Shown piece after piece: positions 41,612 through 52,856 of a stretch of DNA of 64,000 bases (positions are counted from its first letter, which is position 1; each line of letters begins with the position of its first letter). The notes under the pieces were generated by a model that worked only from the letters and a program-made list of their open reading frames with translations, made no database searches and was not told the origin of the DNA. The translations under genes and the position numbers were made by a program. Source of the DNA: Alphaproteobacteria bacterium (GTDB lineage: Bacteria > Pseudomonadota > Alphaproteobacteria > UBA6615); NCBI GenBank assembly GCA_965261975.1, contig CBDHEC010000024.1, positions 43,700-107,699 on the forward strand, written 5' to 3'.

Positions 41612-42847
41612 CTAGGGGCGGTGCAGGTCGACCGCGGTGCGGGTGAAGGTCCGCCGCCCGGCCTTGAAGCCGAAACGCGCCTCGGCGTTGATCGCCACCG
41701 CGTCGGCGGCCGTCTCCGCGTCCCAGACCACCAGGTCCGCCGCGTTGCCGACCGCGACACCGTAATCCTCGCGACCCAGGAACTTCGCGGGCCGGTCGGT
41801 CATCATCGCGAAACACTCGGTCAGCTCGTCCCGCGTGCCGCGCTGGGCAACATTCGCGTACATGTTGGCGATCCGCATCAATGAGCCGTCGCCAAACGGC
41901 GTGAACGGATTGAGAATGTTGTTGGTGGACAGGCAACAATTCACACCGTGGGCGGCGAGCGCGTTGCCGTCGGCCACGCCGCGCATCACCGAATGGTCCT
42001 GATGCCGGCCCACCGTAAACAGATCCGTTGCCGGCAACACCGTCAGGGTCACGCCGCTGTCGGACATCAGCTTGCCCAGGTCACGCAGCTTCTCCGGCGG
42101 CATGGATGAGTATTTCGAGCCGTGGCCCACGGCCACGCAGCCGCCCCAGCCGATTTTGTCGGCAAGCTCGCAGACCTGGTAGATATCGAGATGATCATGG
42201 TTCGGGCCGACGTCGAGATGGATGTCGACATCGACGTCATACGCCTTGGCCAGCTCGAAGATACGGTTGATCTGTGCGGGGCCGTCTTCGTCGTAACTCG
42301 GCGCACCGCCGATGGCCGTCGCCCCGCGTTCAAGGGTCGCCACCAGATTGGCGTCACCCTCGGGCACGCCCGTCCAGCCCTCCTGCAGGAACACGCAGAG
42401 CTCGAGTTCGATGGCCCAGGCGTAATCCTTTGCCAGCTGCTCCAGCGCATCCACGCTCTTCAGGCCGACATTGGGGTCGACCTCCACATGGGTCCGCATA
42501 TGGGTACAACCGTGGGCAATCGCGGTCTCCAGCGAGGCACCGGCGCGCTTGTAGACATCCTCGACCGTGAAGCCCGGCTTCACCGCCGAGACGCGCTTCA
42601 TATGGTCCACACCCCGGTCGGGTGCCGGCTCGGAGCGGTCGAGCAGGCGGGACTTGTCGAGATGGATGTGGGTTTCGATCAGTCCGCCGGACACCAGCCC
42701 GCCGTCCACATCGAGGCTCTCGACCGCCTCGGGCAGCTCTGCCTCGATCGCCGCGATGCGGCCCTCGGAAACGCCAATATCCTGTAACGGCGCATCGGCG
42801 TCGCCACCGACGATCCGCGCGTTGCGCAGCACCAGATCCAGACTCAT
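41612..42847 (-). CDS. Amidohydrolase superfamily, cytosine deaminase (CodA)-like
   Basis: IETHIHLDKS, RTHVEVD, DIHLD, VAVGHG, STNNILNPFTPFG. Confidence 0.88.
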   Translation of the reverse strand: MSLDLVLRNARIVGGDADAPLQDIGVSEGRIAAIEAELPEAVESLDVDGGLVSGGLIETHIHLDKSRLLDRSEPAPDRGVDHMKRVSAVKPGFTVEDVYKRAGASLETAIAHGCTHMRTHVEVDPNVGLKSVDALEQLAKDYAWAIELELCVFLQEGWTGVPEGDANLVATLERGATAIGGAPSYDEDGPAQINRIFELAKAYDVDVDIHLDVGPNHDHLDIYQVCELADKIGWGGCVAVGHGSKYSSMPPEKLRDLGKLMSDSGVTLTVLPATDLFTVGRHQDHSVMRGVADGNALAAHGVNCCLSTNNILNPFTPFGDGSLMRIANMYANVAQRGTRDELTECFAMMTDRPAKFLGREDYGVAVGNAADLVVWDAETAADAVAINAEARFGFKAGRRTFTRTAVDLHRP

Positions 42848-42953
42848 AGCCTACTCCCCGAAATGTTCCCGACGTCAGCGTAGTGCAGGGCTGCGGCCCG
42901 CGCAAAGGAACAGCACGCAAGGCAGGGCTGCGCCTGCCGACACCCCGCCGGCT

Positions 42954-43291
42954 TTACTTGCCGCCAGCCGTGTCCCCCGGCGCTTCGGCGCGCTCGTCGG
43001 GTCCGTAGTCGCGCAACACCTCGGCGACCCGAAGGCGGTAGTTCCAGAAAATGCCGCCGCGACCCTTCGCCTGCGCGATCTGATGTTTCGCATGGGTCCG
43101 CCAGGCTTTCACGGCCTCTTCGTCGCGAAAGAACGACAAGGCCAGGTACTTGCCCGGGTTGTAGATGCTCTCGAACCGCTCGACCGAGACGAATCCGTCG
43201 ATTTTCTCGAGCTCCGTCGCCAGATCATGGGCGATCCCGAGATAATCCTCGAGGCGCCCTTCGGCGGGCCAGACCTCGAAGATGACCGCGA

Positions 43292-43295
<4 letters not shown>
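42954..43295 (-). CDS. Antibiotic biosynthesis monooxygenase (ABM) family protein
   Basis: [49 protein letters not shown] overlaps the stop of the upstream dehydrogenase. Confidence 0.88.
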
Positions 43296-44530
<1,235 letters not shown>

Positions 44531-44635
44531 CTCTTCCCCCGGGAACAGGCCAACGAGCATTCCATCGTCCGAGCGGGTGCCGAACGTTGTGACTTCGCCT
44601 AGGATACCGGCATTGGAGTGAATAGGGGAATCGTC

Positions 44636-45409
44636 ATGAGCACGCCGTTCGACCTTTCGGGCAAAACCGCCATCGTCACGGGTTCGACCAAGGGCATCGG
44701 TCGCGCGATCGCATTCGCCCTGGCCGAGGCCGGCGCGAATGTTTCGGTTTCCAGCCGCGATGCCGGTCGCGTCTCCGAAACCGAAGCCATGCTGAAAGAT
44801 GCCGGACACAACGTGGTCGGCGTGCCCTGCAATGTGGGCCGGAAAGACGAGCTGGAAAACCTCGTCGCGCGCACCAGAGAGACGCTCGGTCCGGTGGATA
44901 TCCTCGTCTGCAACGCAGCCATCAACCCCTATTACGGCCCTTCGATGGACATCCCCGACGATGTCTTCGCCAAGGTCATGCACACCAACATCCAGGCCCA
45001 GCTCTGGCTCGCGCAGCTGGTCGTGCCGGACATGAAAGAAAACGCGAAAGACGGCGGGGCGATCATCCTGGTTTCGTCGATCGGCGGCCTGCGCGGCAGC
45101 GATGTGATCGGCGCCTACAACATTTCCAAGGCCGCCGACATCCAGCTCGCGAAGAACCTCGCCGTCGAGCTCGGCCCGGACAACATCCGGGTCAACGCCA
45201 TCGCACCGGGGCTGGTGAAAACGGATTTTGCGCGCGCGCTTTGGGAGAATCCGAAGTTCGCCGATCCGCGTATCGCCGCCACGCCGCTCAGGCGGCTGGG
45301 CGAGCCGGAAGATATCGCCGGGGCCGCCGTTTTCCTGGCGTCAGATGCCGGCCGCTGGATGACAGGCCAGACCCTGGTGATCGACGGTGGCGCGACGGTG
45401 CCGGTCTAA
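44636..45409 (+). CDS. SDR family oxidoreductase (DHRS4-like)
   Basis: [35 protein letters not shown]. Confidence 0.92.
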   Translation: MSTPFDLSGKTAIVTGSTKGIGRAIAFALAEAGANVSVSSRDAGRVSETEAMLKDAGHNVVGVPCNVGRKDELENLVARTRETLGPVDILVCNAAINPYYGPSMDIPDDVFAKVMHTNIQAQLWLAQLVVPDMKENAKDGGAIILVSSIGGLRGSDVIGAYNISKAADIQLAKNLAVELGPDNIRVNAIAPGLVKTDFARALWENPKFADPRIAATPLRRLGEPEDIAGAAVFLASDAGRWMTGQTLVIDGGATVPV

Positions 45410-45427
45410 TCCCGGGCGTTGCCCCGC

Positions 45428-47557
45428 TCAAGCCGTCCGGCCCGCGTCCCATTCCTTGAAGCTGGAACCGCCATCCGCCAACTCCCGCAGAAGTGCTGCG
45501 GGTTCCCATTTGTCGCCCCACTCACCGTGGTAGCGGTCCATGGTCGCGACGATCTCCGGCAAGCCGACCATGTCGGCATAGAACATCGGGCCGCCGCGCC
45601 AGCGCGGGAATCCGTAGCCGTGAAGCCAGATGACATCGATATCCGACGACCGGATCGCCATGCCCTCTTCGAGAATTTTCGCGCCCTCATTTATCAACTG
45701 ATAAATACAGAGCTGCAGAATTTCCGAATCCGTGATCGCGCGCCGGGTAATCCCCATTTCCTCGGACCGCGCGGTGATCAGGGTCTCGATCTCATCGTCC
45801 GGCACCGCGTTGCGGCCCTCATAGCGATACCAGCCGGCACCGGTTTTCTGTCCGAAGCGTCCCTTCTCGCAGATCCGTCCCAGCAGGGGTGAAAACCGCT
45901 CATCGGCGGGACGCGTTTCGGCCCGGCGCTGCTCGATCGCCCAGCTGATATCGAGACCGGCCAGGTCCGAAACCCGGAACGGGCCCATGCGGAAACCAAA
46001 CTCCTCCATGACCCGGTCGACGTCCTGGGGGGAGGCGCCTTCCTCAACCAAAAAGTCTCCCTGACGCCAGAACGGCGCCAGCATCCGATTGCCCACAAAC
46101 CCGTCGCACACGCCGACCACGACACCGGTCTTCCCGATCCGGGCCGACAGATCGAGCACGGTTGCAATAACCTCTTTATCTGTCTTCTCGGCTCGTACGA
46201 TCTCGAGCAGGGTCATGACGTTCGCGGGGCTGAAAAAATGCAGGCCCAGCACGTCGCCCGGCCGTTTGGTGACGGCCGCGATCTCGTCCACGTCGAGGGT
46301 CGACGTGTTGGTCGCCAGAATGGCGCCGTCGCGGGCAAGCGCGTCCAACTCACCGAATATCTTCTGCTTGATGTCCATTTCTTCAAACACGGCTTCGATG
46401 ATCAGGTCGGCCTCGGCTGCCGCGTTGACGCCGACCGCGCCGGTGATCAACGCCATGCGTGTTTCCATGTCTTCAGCGCTCAGGCGGCCGCGGTCGCGGG
46501 TGGCCGCATAATTTTCCCTGATCCGCGCAATTCCCCGGTCGAGCGCGGACTGTCCCGAATCGATCAATGTCACCGGCATGCCAGCGTTGGCGAACGACAT
46601 GGCAATTCCGCCGCCCATCGTACCCGCCCCGATGATCGCCACTCGTTCAATGGTTCGCTTCGGGGTATCCGCGGGAATGTCGGGAATCTTGGAAACCTGT
46701 CGTTCGGCGAAGAACGCGTGTACCAACGACCGGGACTCATCGGATGCCACCGCCTCGGTGCTGATTTCCGCCTCGCGGGCCCATCCGTCGGCGAACGACA
46801 TGGTCAATGTATTCGCGACACTTTCGAGGCACCTGAACGGCGCCCGCATGCCGCGCGCGGTTTTTTCGAGTTTCTGGCGGATTTCGCCGACCAGCGCCTC
46901 GCCGGCTTCGACATCCAGATCGATCGGCATTTCGCTGACCCGGCGCGGACCGATATCACCGGCGACCAGGTCTTCGGCAAACCTGACCGCATCGGCGCAG
47001 ACATCATCGTCCTCCGCCACCCGGTCGACGAGGCCGATCTCCAGCGCTTTGGGCCCATCCACCGACGCGGCGCTGGTGATCATCTCAGCCGCGGTGCGAA
47101 AGCCAACAAGACGTGGCAGGCGTTGCGTGCCGCCCGCACCAGGGATGACACCGCGCAGGACCTCCGGCAGGCCGAGTCGGGCATCGCGATGGGTGACCCT
47201 GTAGTGGCAGCCGAGCGCGAGCTCCAGGCCGCCGCCCAGTGTCGGCCCGTGGATTGCCGCCACTACCGGCTTGTCCATCGCCTCGATCAGATTCATCAGA
47301 TCACGCGTCATGGGCCGGACCTGGCGGTCGGGCGTGTTGAACTCGCGGATGTCGGCGCCACCACACAGGTTGCGGCCATTCCCGGAAATCACCACCGCCC
47401 TCGTCATATGGTCGCCGGCCGCCGTCTCGAGATAGTCGGCGATCGCCATTCGCACTTGTTTCGCAAGCGCGTTGACCGGCGGGTTGTTGATGGTGATCAC
47501 AGCAACCGCACCGAAATTGCGATACTGCACAGGCTCGTTCGAACTGTTGCTGTTCAT
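45428..47557 (-). CDS. Bifunctional enoyl-CoA hydratase / 3-hydroxyacyl-CoA dehydrogenase (FadB/PimF-like), copy 2
   Basis: NNPPVNAL, CGGADI, LGGGLELALGCH, GAGTMGGGIA, ATNTS, GLHFFSPAN. Confidence 0.92.
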   Translation of the reverse strand: MNSNSSNEPVQYRNFGAVAVITINNPPVNALAKQVRMAIADYLETAAGDHMTRAVVISGNGRNLCGGADIREFNTPDRQVRPMTRDLMNLIEAMDKPVVAAIHGPTLGGGLELALGCHYRVTHRDARLGLPEVLRGVIPGAGGTQRLPRLVGFRTAAEMITSAASVDGPKALEIGLVDRVAEDDDVCADAVRFAEDLVAGDIGPRRVSEMPIDLDVEAGEALVGEIRQKLEKTARGMRAPFRCLESVANTLTMSFADGWAREAEISTEAVASDESRSLVHAFFAERQVSKIPDIPADTPKRTIERVAIIGAGTMGGGIAMSFANAGMPVTLIDSGQSALDRGIARIRENYAATRDRGRLSAEDMETRMALITGAVGVNAAAEADLIIEAVFEEMDIKQKIFGELDALARDGAILATNTSTLDVDEIAAVTKRPGDVLGLHFFSPANVMTLLEIVRAEKTDKEVIATVLDLSARIGKTGVVVGVCDGFVGNRMLAPFWRQGDFLVEEGASPQDVDRVMEEFGFRMGPFRVSDLAGLDISWAIEQRRAETRPADERFSPLLGRICEKGRFGQKTGAGWYRYEGRNAVPDDEIETLITARSEEMGITRRAITDSEILQLCIYQLINEGAKILEEGMAIRSSDIDVIWLHGYGFPRWRGGPMFYADMVGLPEIVATMDRYHGEWGDKWEPAALLRELADGGSSFKEWDAGRTA

Positions 47558-47764
47558 GTTCCTTCAGATCGCATCGTGCGGCGTGGATTCCAGATTTACA
47601 CTTCACGAGAATTCTTCACAATCATCCAAATGTCTGGACCGCGTTCAGCGTATGGCTGCCGCGCCATACCATGGTACCCGACAGCTCGCGCAACCCTCTG
47701 TCGATTGCTAAAATACGCGTCCCAGCCTCTCAGTTGGCCGCACCGGCCGGACAAGCGGAAAACC

Positions 47765-49159
47765 ATGAGCGAACTAGTGAGAGCGCGGTTCAACACCGCA
47801 CAATTGTTCGGATTGCTGACAACGATCGTCGCGGCAATCCTGCTCGCGGCACCGCTATGGACCGAAACGCCCGGCGTCCTGCCCGCCGCCGGCGTGATCC
47901 TGTTCGCCATCGGTTTTTGGGCCACCGACGCGATCCCGCCCTACATCACGGCGCTGCTTCTGTTCCTGCTGACGGTGGTGTTCTCGATCGCGCCACCGAA
48001 CGTCGCCTTCTCGGGCTTCCATGCCAGCGCCACCTGGCTGGTGTTCGGCGGCTTCGTTATCTCGATCGCGGTCCACAAATCCGGCCTCGCCGCCCGCATG
48101 GTCCAGGCGCTGATGGCCCATCTGCCGGCACGCTACCTGCTGATGGCCGGGGGTCTGGCGATCGGCGGCATGCTGCTCAGTTTCATCATGCCCTCGGCGT
48201 CGGGACGCGCCATCATGATGGCGCCACTGGCCGTCGCGGTCGCGACCGAACTAGGGTTCGGCGAGAACACGCGCGCGCGCCACGGCCTGGTTCTTGCCGC
48301 CGGCTGGGGGACGACGATCCCCGCCTTCGGAATTCTGCCGTCCAACGTCGTCAACATGGCCTTCGTCGGCGCATCCGAAAGCATCTTCGACATCGGCTTC
48401 ACCTATTTCGGTTACACCTTCCTGAACTTCCCGGTGGTCGGATTTCTCGGCGCGCTCGTCGTGATCGTGCTGATCACCATCCTGTTCGGCGCGAAGCCCG
48501 AACCCAAGGGCAAGCCGGCGATGCAGACGGGCTGGAGCAGCGCCGAGCGCCGCCTGATGGGCATCATGTTGATCGCCCTGGCGCTGTGGATGACGGACTC
48601 GCTGCACGGCATCTCGCCGGCCTGGGTCGCACTCGCCGCCGCGTTGCTCTGCATCACCCCCGGGATCGGCATGCTGCAGGCCTCGGTCATCACATCGGAA
48701 GTCAACTACGGGGCGTGGCTGTTTGTGGCCGGCGTGATCGGCATGGGCGCGATCGCCAACCATTCCGGGGTCGGCGGCGCGATGGGCGAACTTCTGCTCG
48801 CGCATATCCCGCTGACCCATGACGGCGGCATCGTCACCTTCTACGAAATCTTCGCGATCAGCGCCGCCGTGGGCGTGGTCACGACCTTTCCTGCCGTCCC
48901 CCCGATCGTGACCTCCTTCTCCGACGCCATCGCGCAAGCCACCGGCTGGCCTTTGAAGTCCGTGCTGCTGGTCCAGGTCCCAAGCTGGATGATCTACCCC
49001 TTCCCCCATGAAGCACCGCCGGTGGCGATGGCCATGGCTGTTGGCGGTGTACCCATGCGTGAGGCGTTTCGGTTGACCTCGGTCTACTTCGTGATCGGTA
49101 TTCTGCTCATCTTGCCCCTGCAATATCTGTGGGGCCGGATGCTCGGCGTCTATTTCTAG
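47765..49159 (+). CDS. SLC13/DASS family (di/tricarboxylate or anion) permease
   Basis: FWATDAIP, FSGFHASATWLVFGG, MPSASGR, many TM segments. Start set at ATG 47765; the 973-aa ORF is a read-through of an antisense frame. Confidence 0.85.
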   Translation: MSELVRARFNTAQLFGLLTTIVAAILLAAPLWTETPGVLPAAGVILFAIGFWATDAIPPYITALLLFLLTVVFSIAPPNVAFSGFHASATWLVFGGFVISIAVHKSGLAARMVQALMAHLPARYLLMAGGLAIGGMLLSFIMPSASGRAIMMAPLAVAVATELGFGENTRARHGLVLAAGWGTTIPAFGILPSNVVNMAFVGASESIFDIGFTYFGYTFLNFPVVGFLGALVVIVLITILFGAKPEPKGKPAMQTGWSSAERRLMGIMLIALALWMTDSLHGISPAWVALAAALLCITPGIGMLQASVITSEVNYGAWLFVAGVIGMGAIANHSGVGGAMGELLLAHIPLTHDGGIVTFYEIFAISAAVGVVTTFPAVPPIVTSFSDAIAQATGWPLKSVLLVQVPSWMIYPFPHEAPPVAMAMAVGGVPMREAFRLTSVYFVIGILLILPLQYLWGRMLGVYF

Positions 49160-49196
49160 GGCAAGGCCCTCTCAAACAGGAAAAGGGAGACACCCC

Positions 49197-49508
49197 ATGC
49201 TGTTCATGGTGCGAATCAAGGTTGAACTGCCGGGCGAGATGGACCCGGCGAAGGTCAAGGCGCTGGGCGACGCGGAGGCCGACCGGGCGATCGAGCTGAT
49301 CCAGGCCGGCCGGATGCGCAAGGTCTGGCGGATCGTCGGCGAACGCGCGAACTTCTCGATCTGGGAAGCCGACAGCCTGGAAGACTTCCACGCCGACATT
49401 TCCTCGCTGCCGCTCCACCCCTGGATGACCGTCGAGGTCACGCCGATGATCGAGCATCCGGCCACACAGGCCTATGAGGATCGCGTCGGGCCCTTCCCGA
49501 CAATCTAG
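49197..49508 (+). CDS. Muconolactone delta-isomerase family protein
   Basis: MLFMVRIKVELP, E in helix 1, WRIVGERANFSIW, SSLPLHPWMTVEVTP..HP match the CatC pattern, but catA and catB are absent from the window. Confidence 0.8.
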   Translation: MLFMVRIKVELPGEMDPAKVKALGDAEADRAIELIQAGRMRKVWRIVGERANFSIWEADSLEDFHADISSLPLHPWMTVEVTPMIEHPATQAYEDRVGPFPTI

Positions 49509-49518
49509 GCGCAGCGGC

Positions 49519-50322
49519 CTAGTAGCCGCGCTCGGCCTTGAGTTCGGAGACCGGACGGAAATAGTCCGGGTAACGCTCGGAAATACGCGCGCCGGGATAG
49601 AAGGCGGCCGCGAAGGACGGCCGTTCGCGAATGCGCGCGAGCCAGGCCGTCATCTCGGGCAGATCGTCTTCCCACAGGAAGGCATAGCCAAGATCGTCCA
49701 TGCGATCGATCAGCGGCGTCACCTGGGCATCCACCATCGTGTACTGATCCCCCATGATCCACGGCCCGCCGAGTTCGTTGATCGTCGCGTCGATCCGCTC
49801 GCAGGTCTGCCTGATCTGGAACTCGGCATTTTCGAGTTCGTCCTTGCCGAAGCCGGTCTGGGACATGCGCTGATAGAACTGCTTGCGAAGCGGCAGCCGG
49901 TCCGCATGGGCGGCGAACTCGTCATTGCTCGCCTTGGCGAACCGCATGGGCGCCAGCATGTTGGCAAAGGTCGGCACGCGCACCGCGACCGTCGGCACCT
50001 CGTCGATGTAACGCATCCAGGCGCGCATCCGGGCGCGCCCGACCGCATCGCCGGGCGCCAGTGCGGGATCGGGAATAATCTCCTCGAGATACTCCAGAAT
50101 AGCCGAGGATTCGATCAGGATCGTGCCGTCATGCACGAAGGTCGGGACCACGCCATTGGGATTGATCTTCAGATAGTCCGGCTCGAGCTGCTCGAACTTT
50201 CCCAGATCGATGTCGTGCTCGACCCAGTCCTTGTTCATTTCAGGCAGGCCCTTCTCGGCCAGAGTGATTCGCACCTTCTGGCTGCAGGTCGACTGGGGCG
50301 CCTGATACATCTCGATCTTCAT
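49519..50322 (-). CDS. Glutathione S-transferase family protein (copy B)
   Basis: YQAPQSTCSQKVRITLAEKG, KINPNGVVPT, IESSAILEYLEE, AWLARIRERPSF. ATG at 50322. Confidence 0.9.
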   Translation of the reverse strand: MKIEMYQAPQSTCSQKVRITLAEKGLPEMNKDWVEHDIDLGKFEQLEPDYLKINPNGVVPTFVHDGTILIESSAILEYLEEIIPDPALAPGDAVGRARMRAWMRYIDEVPTVAVRVPTFANMLAPMRFAKASNDEFAAHADRLPLRKQFYQRMSQTGFGKDELENAEFQIRQTCERIDATINELGGPWIMGDQYTMVDAQVTPLIDRMDDLGYAFLWEDDLPEMTAWLARIRERPSFAAAFYPGARISERYPDYFRPVSELKAERGY

Positions 50323-51092
50323 TCGGACTCTCCGTCGGCAAAAAATTGCGGATACTTGTCGCTGACATTCGTGTTGGCATAGAACGCCGTCGAAAATGAC
50401 GGGCGCGCCTTGATACGTTCGAACCAGGCCGTCATCTCGGGCAGGTCGGGTTCCCAGACCGGGCCGTAGCCAAGATCGGCCATGCGTTGAATCAGCGGTG
50501 TCAGCGTAACGTCGATGAGCGTGTACTGCGCGCCCAGGATCCAGGGGCCGCCGGTCTCGCGCACCGCGGCATCGATGCGTTCGCACGTCTGGCGTATCTG
50601 TGCAATCGCATTGTCCATCTCCTCTTCCGAGAAGCCGTCCACCTGTCCCATGCGGCGATAGAACGCCTTTCGGAGCGGCATTTTCTCGACCCGCGCCTCG
50701 AAATCCTCAGGCGCCGCATTCTCATAGCGCAGCGGCCTGAACACCTTGTTGAAAGATGGGACACGAACCGCCGGGGTCGGCACCTCTTCCATGTAACGCA
50801 TCCATATCCGCAGCCGCGCGCGTCCCAGCGCATCGGCCGGCGACAGGGAAGGTTCGGGATGGATCTCATCGAGATACTCGACAATCACCGAGGATTCGAT
50901 CACCGGTTCGCCGTCGTGGATAAGGGTGGGTACGACCCCGTTCGGGTTGAGCTTGAGATAGTCATCCGTCAGGTGATCGCCCGATGCGAAATGCATCACA
51001 TGGCTCTCCCAATCGAGCCCCTTTTCAGCGAGGCAGATGCGCACCTTCTGGCTGCAGGTCGAATGATCTGAATGATAGAGCTCAAGCCCCAT
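50319..51092 (-). CDS. Glutathione S-transferase family protein (copy A)
   Basis: YHSDHSTCSQKVRICLAEKG, KLNPNGVVPTL, IESSVIVEYLDE, AWFERIKARPSF. ATG at 51092. Confidence 0.9.
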   Translation of the reverse strand: MGLELYHSDHSTCSQKVRICLAEKGLDWESHVMHFASGDHLTDDYLKLNPNGVVPTLIHDGEPVIESSVIVEYLDEIHPEPSLSPADALGRARLRIWMRYMEEVPTPAVRVPSFNKVFRPLRYENAAPEDFEARVEKMPLRKAFYRRMGQVDGFSEEEMDNAIAQIRQTCERIDAAVRETGGPWILGAQYTLIDVTLTPLIQRMADLGYGPVWEPDLPEMTAWFERIKARPSFSTAFYANTNVSDKYPQFFADGESE

Positions 51093-51197
51093 GGCCTGCT
51101 TCTCCCGAAATGTTGAAGCGCCTTCTATGGACGCAATCTTCGAAGCCATTATACCAAGGGCGACGACAAACTTCGCGACCGCCGGTCAACAACTGCC

Positions 51198-52244
51198 ATG
51201 CACAATCCACATATCGTTTCAGCCCTTCTGACCCTGGCATTCTTCGCGCTGGCCACGCCCACCTCCGCCGACCCCGTGGACCTGACCGACTGGCCCGACC
51301 ACACGACGATCTCCGGCGCGCGCGGTGAGCTCGTCACCTATCCAAGCCACAGCCCGTTTACGCTCTGGGAAGTCGGCAAGAGCGAAATGCTCGACCCGCC
51401 GACCGAGGCCCGCGCCGCGTTGTTCCTGCCGGACGGCGCAAGCGCCGAGGCCCCGGTTCCCGCCGTCGTGTTGTTGCATGGCGCGGCCGGCGTTCTGGGA
51501 GCGCGCGAGCTGACCTACGGCGCCCAGTTCGCCGAAATGGGCGTGGCCGCACTGGTGGTCGACGCCTTCGGCGCCAGGCGCGACCAGGCCTCCGGGTTTA
51601 TCGACCGCTTACTCAACATCACCGAGACCATGGCCCTGGCCGATGCCTATTCCGGGCTGCGGTTCCTGGACCGCCTGCCCGAGGTCGACGGGGACCGGGT
51701 CGCCCTGATGGGATTCTCCTATGGCGGGATATCGACCATGCTCGCCGCGTTTGCGCAAACGGCGGAGACGTTGAATCCCGATGGCAAGCGGTTCGCGGCC
51801 CATGTCGCCTTCTACGGTCCCTGTATCGCGCGCTTCGACGACACCCGGGCAACCGGCGCGCCGGTGCTTCTTCTCGCAGGATCGGAGGACGGCATCGTCG
51901 ACCCCGAACGCTGCCGCGAGATCGTTGAAGATTTGCAGGAAGGCGGCGCCGACGCCGAATTCGTTCTGTATGACGGTGCCTATCATCAGTGGGACGGCAG
52001 CTTTCCCGGGCCGCGCACCATCGGGCGCAATCTCGCCGACTGCGATCTCAACGTGAATGCGAAAGGCGTCGTGCGCGACACCCTCACCCTGTTGCCGATG
52101 TCCGGACCGTTCCTGCGCAAGGTGATATTGGGCGTGTGCTCGGACTCGGACGGCTATCTGATCGGCCGGGACGACGCGATCCGAGATCGTTCGAACCGGG
52201 ACGTGGGCGCATTCCTGATGCGCACCTTCAACGGCAAGCGCTAG
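51198..52244 (+). CDS. Exported dienelactone hydrolase-family alpha/beta hydrolase
   Basis: Signal peptide, VVLLHG, Ser nucleophile in GFSYG, AGSED, GAYHQWD. Confidence 0.82.
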   Translation: MHNPHIVSALLTLAFFALATPTSADPVDLTDWPDHTTISGARGELVTYPSHSPFTLWEVGKSEMLDPPTEARAALFLPDGASAEAPVPAVVLLHGAAGVLGARELTYGAQFAEMGVAALVVDAFGARRDQASGFIDRLLNITETMALADAYSGLRFLDRLPEVDGDRVALMGFSYGGISTMLAAFAQTAETLNPDGKRFAAHVAFYGPCIARFDDTRATGAPVLLLAGSEDGIVDPERCREIVEDLQEGGADAEFVLYDGAYHQWDGSFPGPRTIGRNLADCDLNVNAKGVVRDTLTLLPMSGPFLRKVILGVCSDSDGYLIGRDDAIRDRSNRDVGAFLMRTFNGKR

Positions 52245-52836
52245 GCCCGCAGCTCCAGTACTTCAGCGGCTCGGCCCAGCCCGTCGGCACCTTCACGCGG
52301 AATGTATTGAGCAATGCAGACACGTGGTTGTAGTGGCCGAAGATTGCAATCAGTTCGACCAGCTTCGGTTCGCCAAACATCTCGATGGCCCGGTCATAGA
52401 CCTCATCGCTCACCTGTTTCGTCTCGAGCAGCTCGGTGAACAGGTCATAGACCAGCTCCTGATCGGCATGCTCAAAGACGGGCCGCGTGCGCGCCTCAAT
52501 GGCATCGATGATCGCCGGGTCGATCCCGGCCTTCAGGGCCTCGACCTTGTGGACACACCATTCGAGTTGCGCCGACCAATGGCGAGACGTCATCACGATG
52601 ACCAGCTCGGAAATACGCTTCTCGTGGCTCGACCCGTGGCGCGCATAGTCGCCGAACGCGAAGGCCCGTTCCGCCAGGGGCGGGCAGCGCAGCCAGGCAT
52701 TCATCGGCCCGATGATCTGCCCGGTCTTGCTGGCGATCATGCGTTCGGCCATCGCCCGCTGGGCGTCGTCCATATCGGCCTCGGTCAGCCGTTTGAGCCG
52801 CCCATCCATGCCGTCATCGGATGTTGCCTGTGTCAT
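52228..52836 (-). CDS. Carboxymuconolactone decarboxylase/AhpD-like family protein
   Basis: GPMNAWLRCPPLAE, SELVIVMTSRHW, EWCVH, ELIAIFGHY. The true stop may be near 52254 (see findings). Confidence 0.85.
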   Translation of the reverse strand: MTQATSDDGMDGRLKRLTEADMDDAQRAMAERMIASKTGQIIGPMNAWLRCPPLAERAFAFGDYARHGSSHEKRISELVIVMTSRHWSAQLEWCVHKVEALKAGIDPAIIDAIEARTRPVFEHADQELVYDLFTELLETKQVSDEVYDRAIEMFGEPKLVELIAIFGHYNHVSALLNTFRVKVPTGWAEPLKYWSCGPSACR

Positions 52837-52856
52837 CTCAATCGTCTCCTCACGGT

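Noticed and set aside
46238-47764. Apparent 973-aa fusion ORF ending in the SLC13 permease
   Set aside because: The first roughly 510 aa are mostly the antisense frame of the FadB-like gene; the permease starts at ATG 47765.
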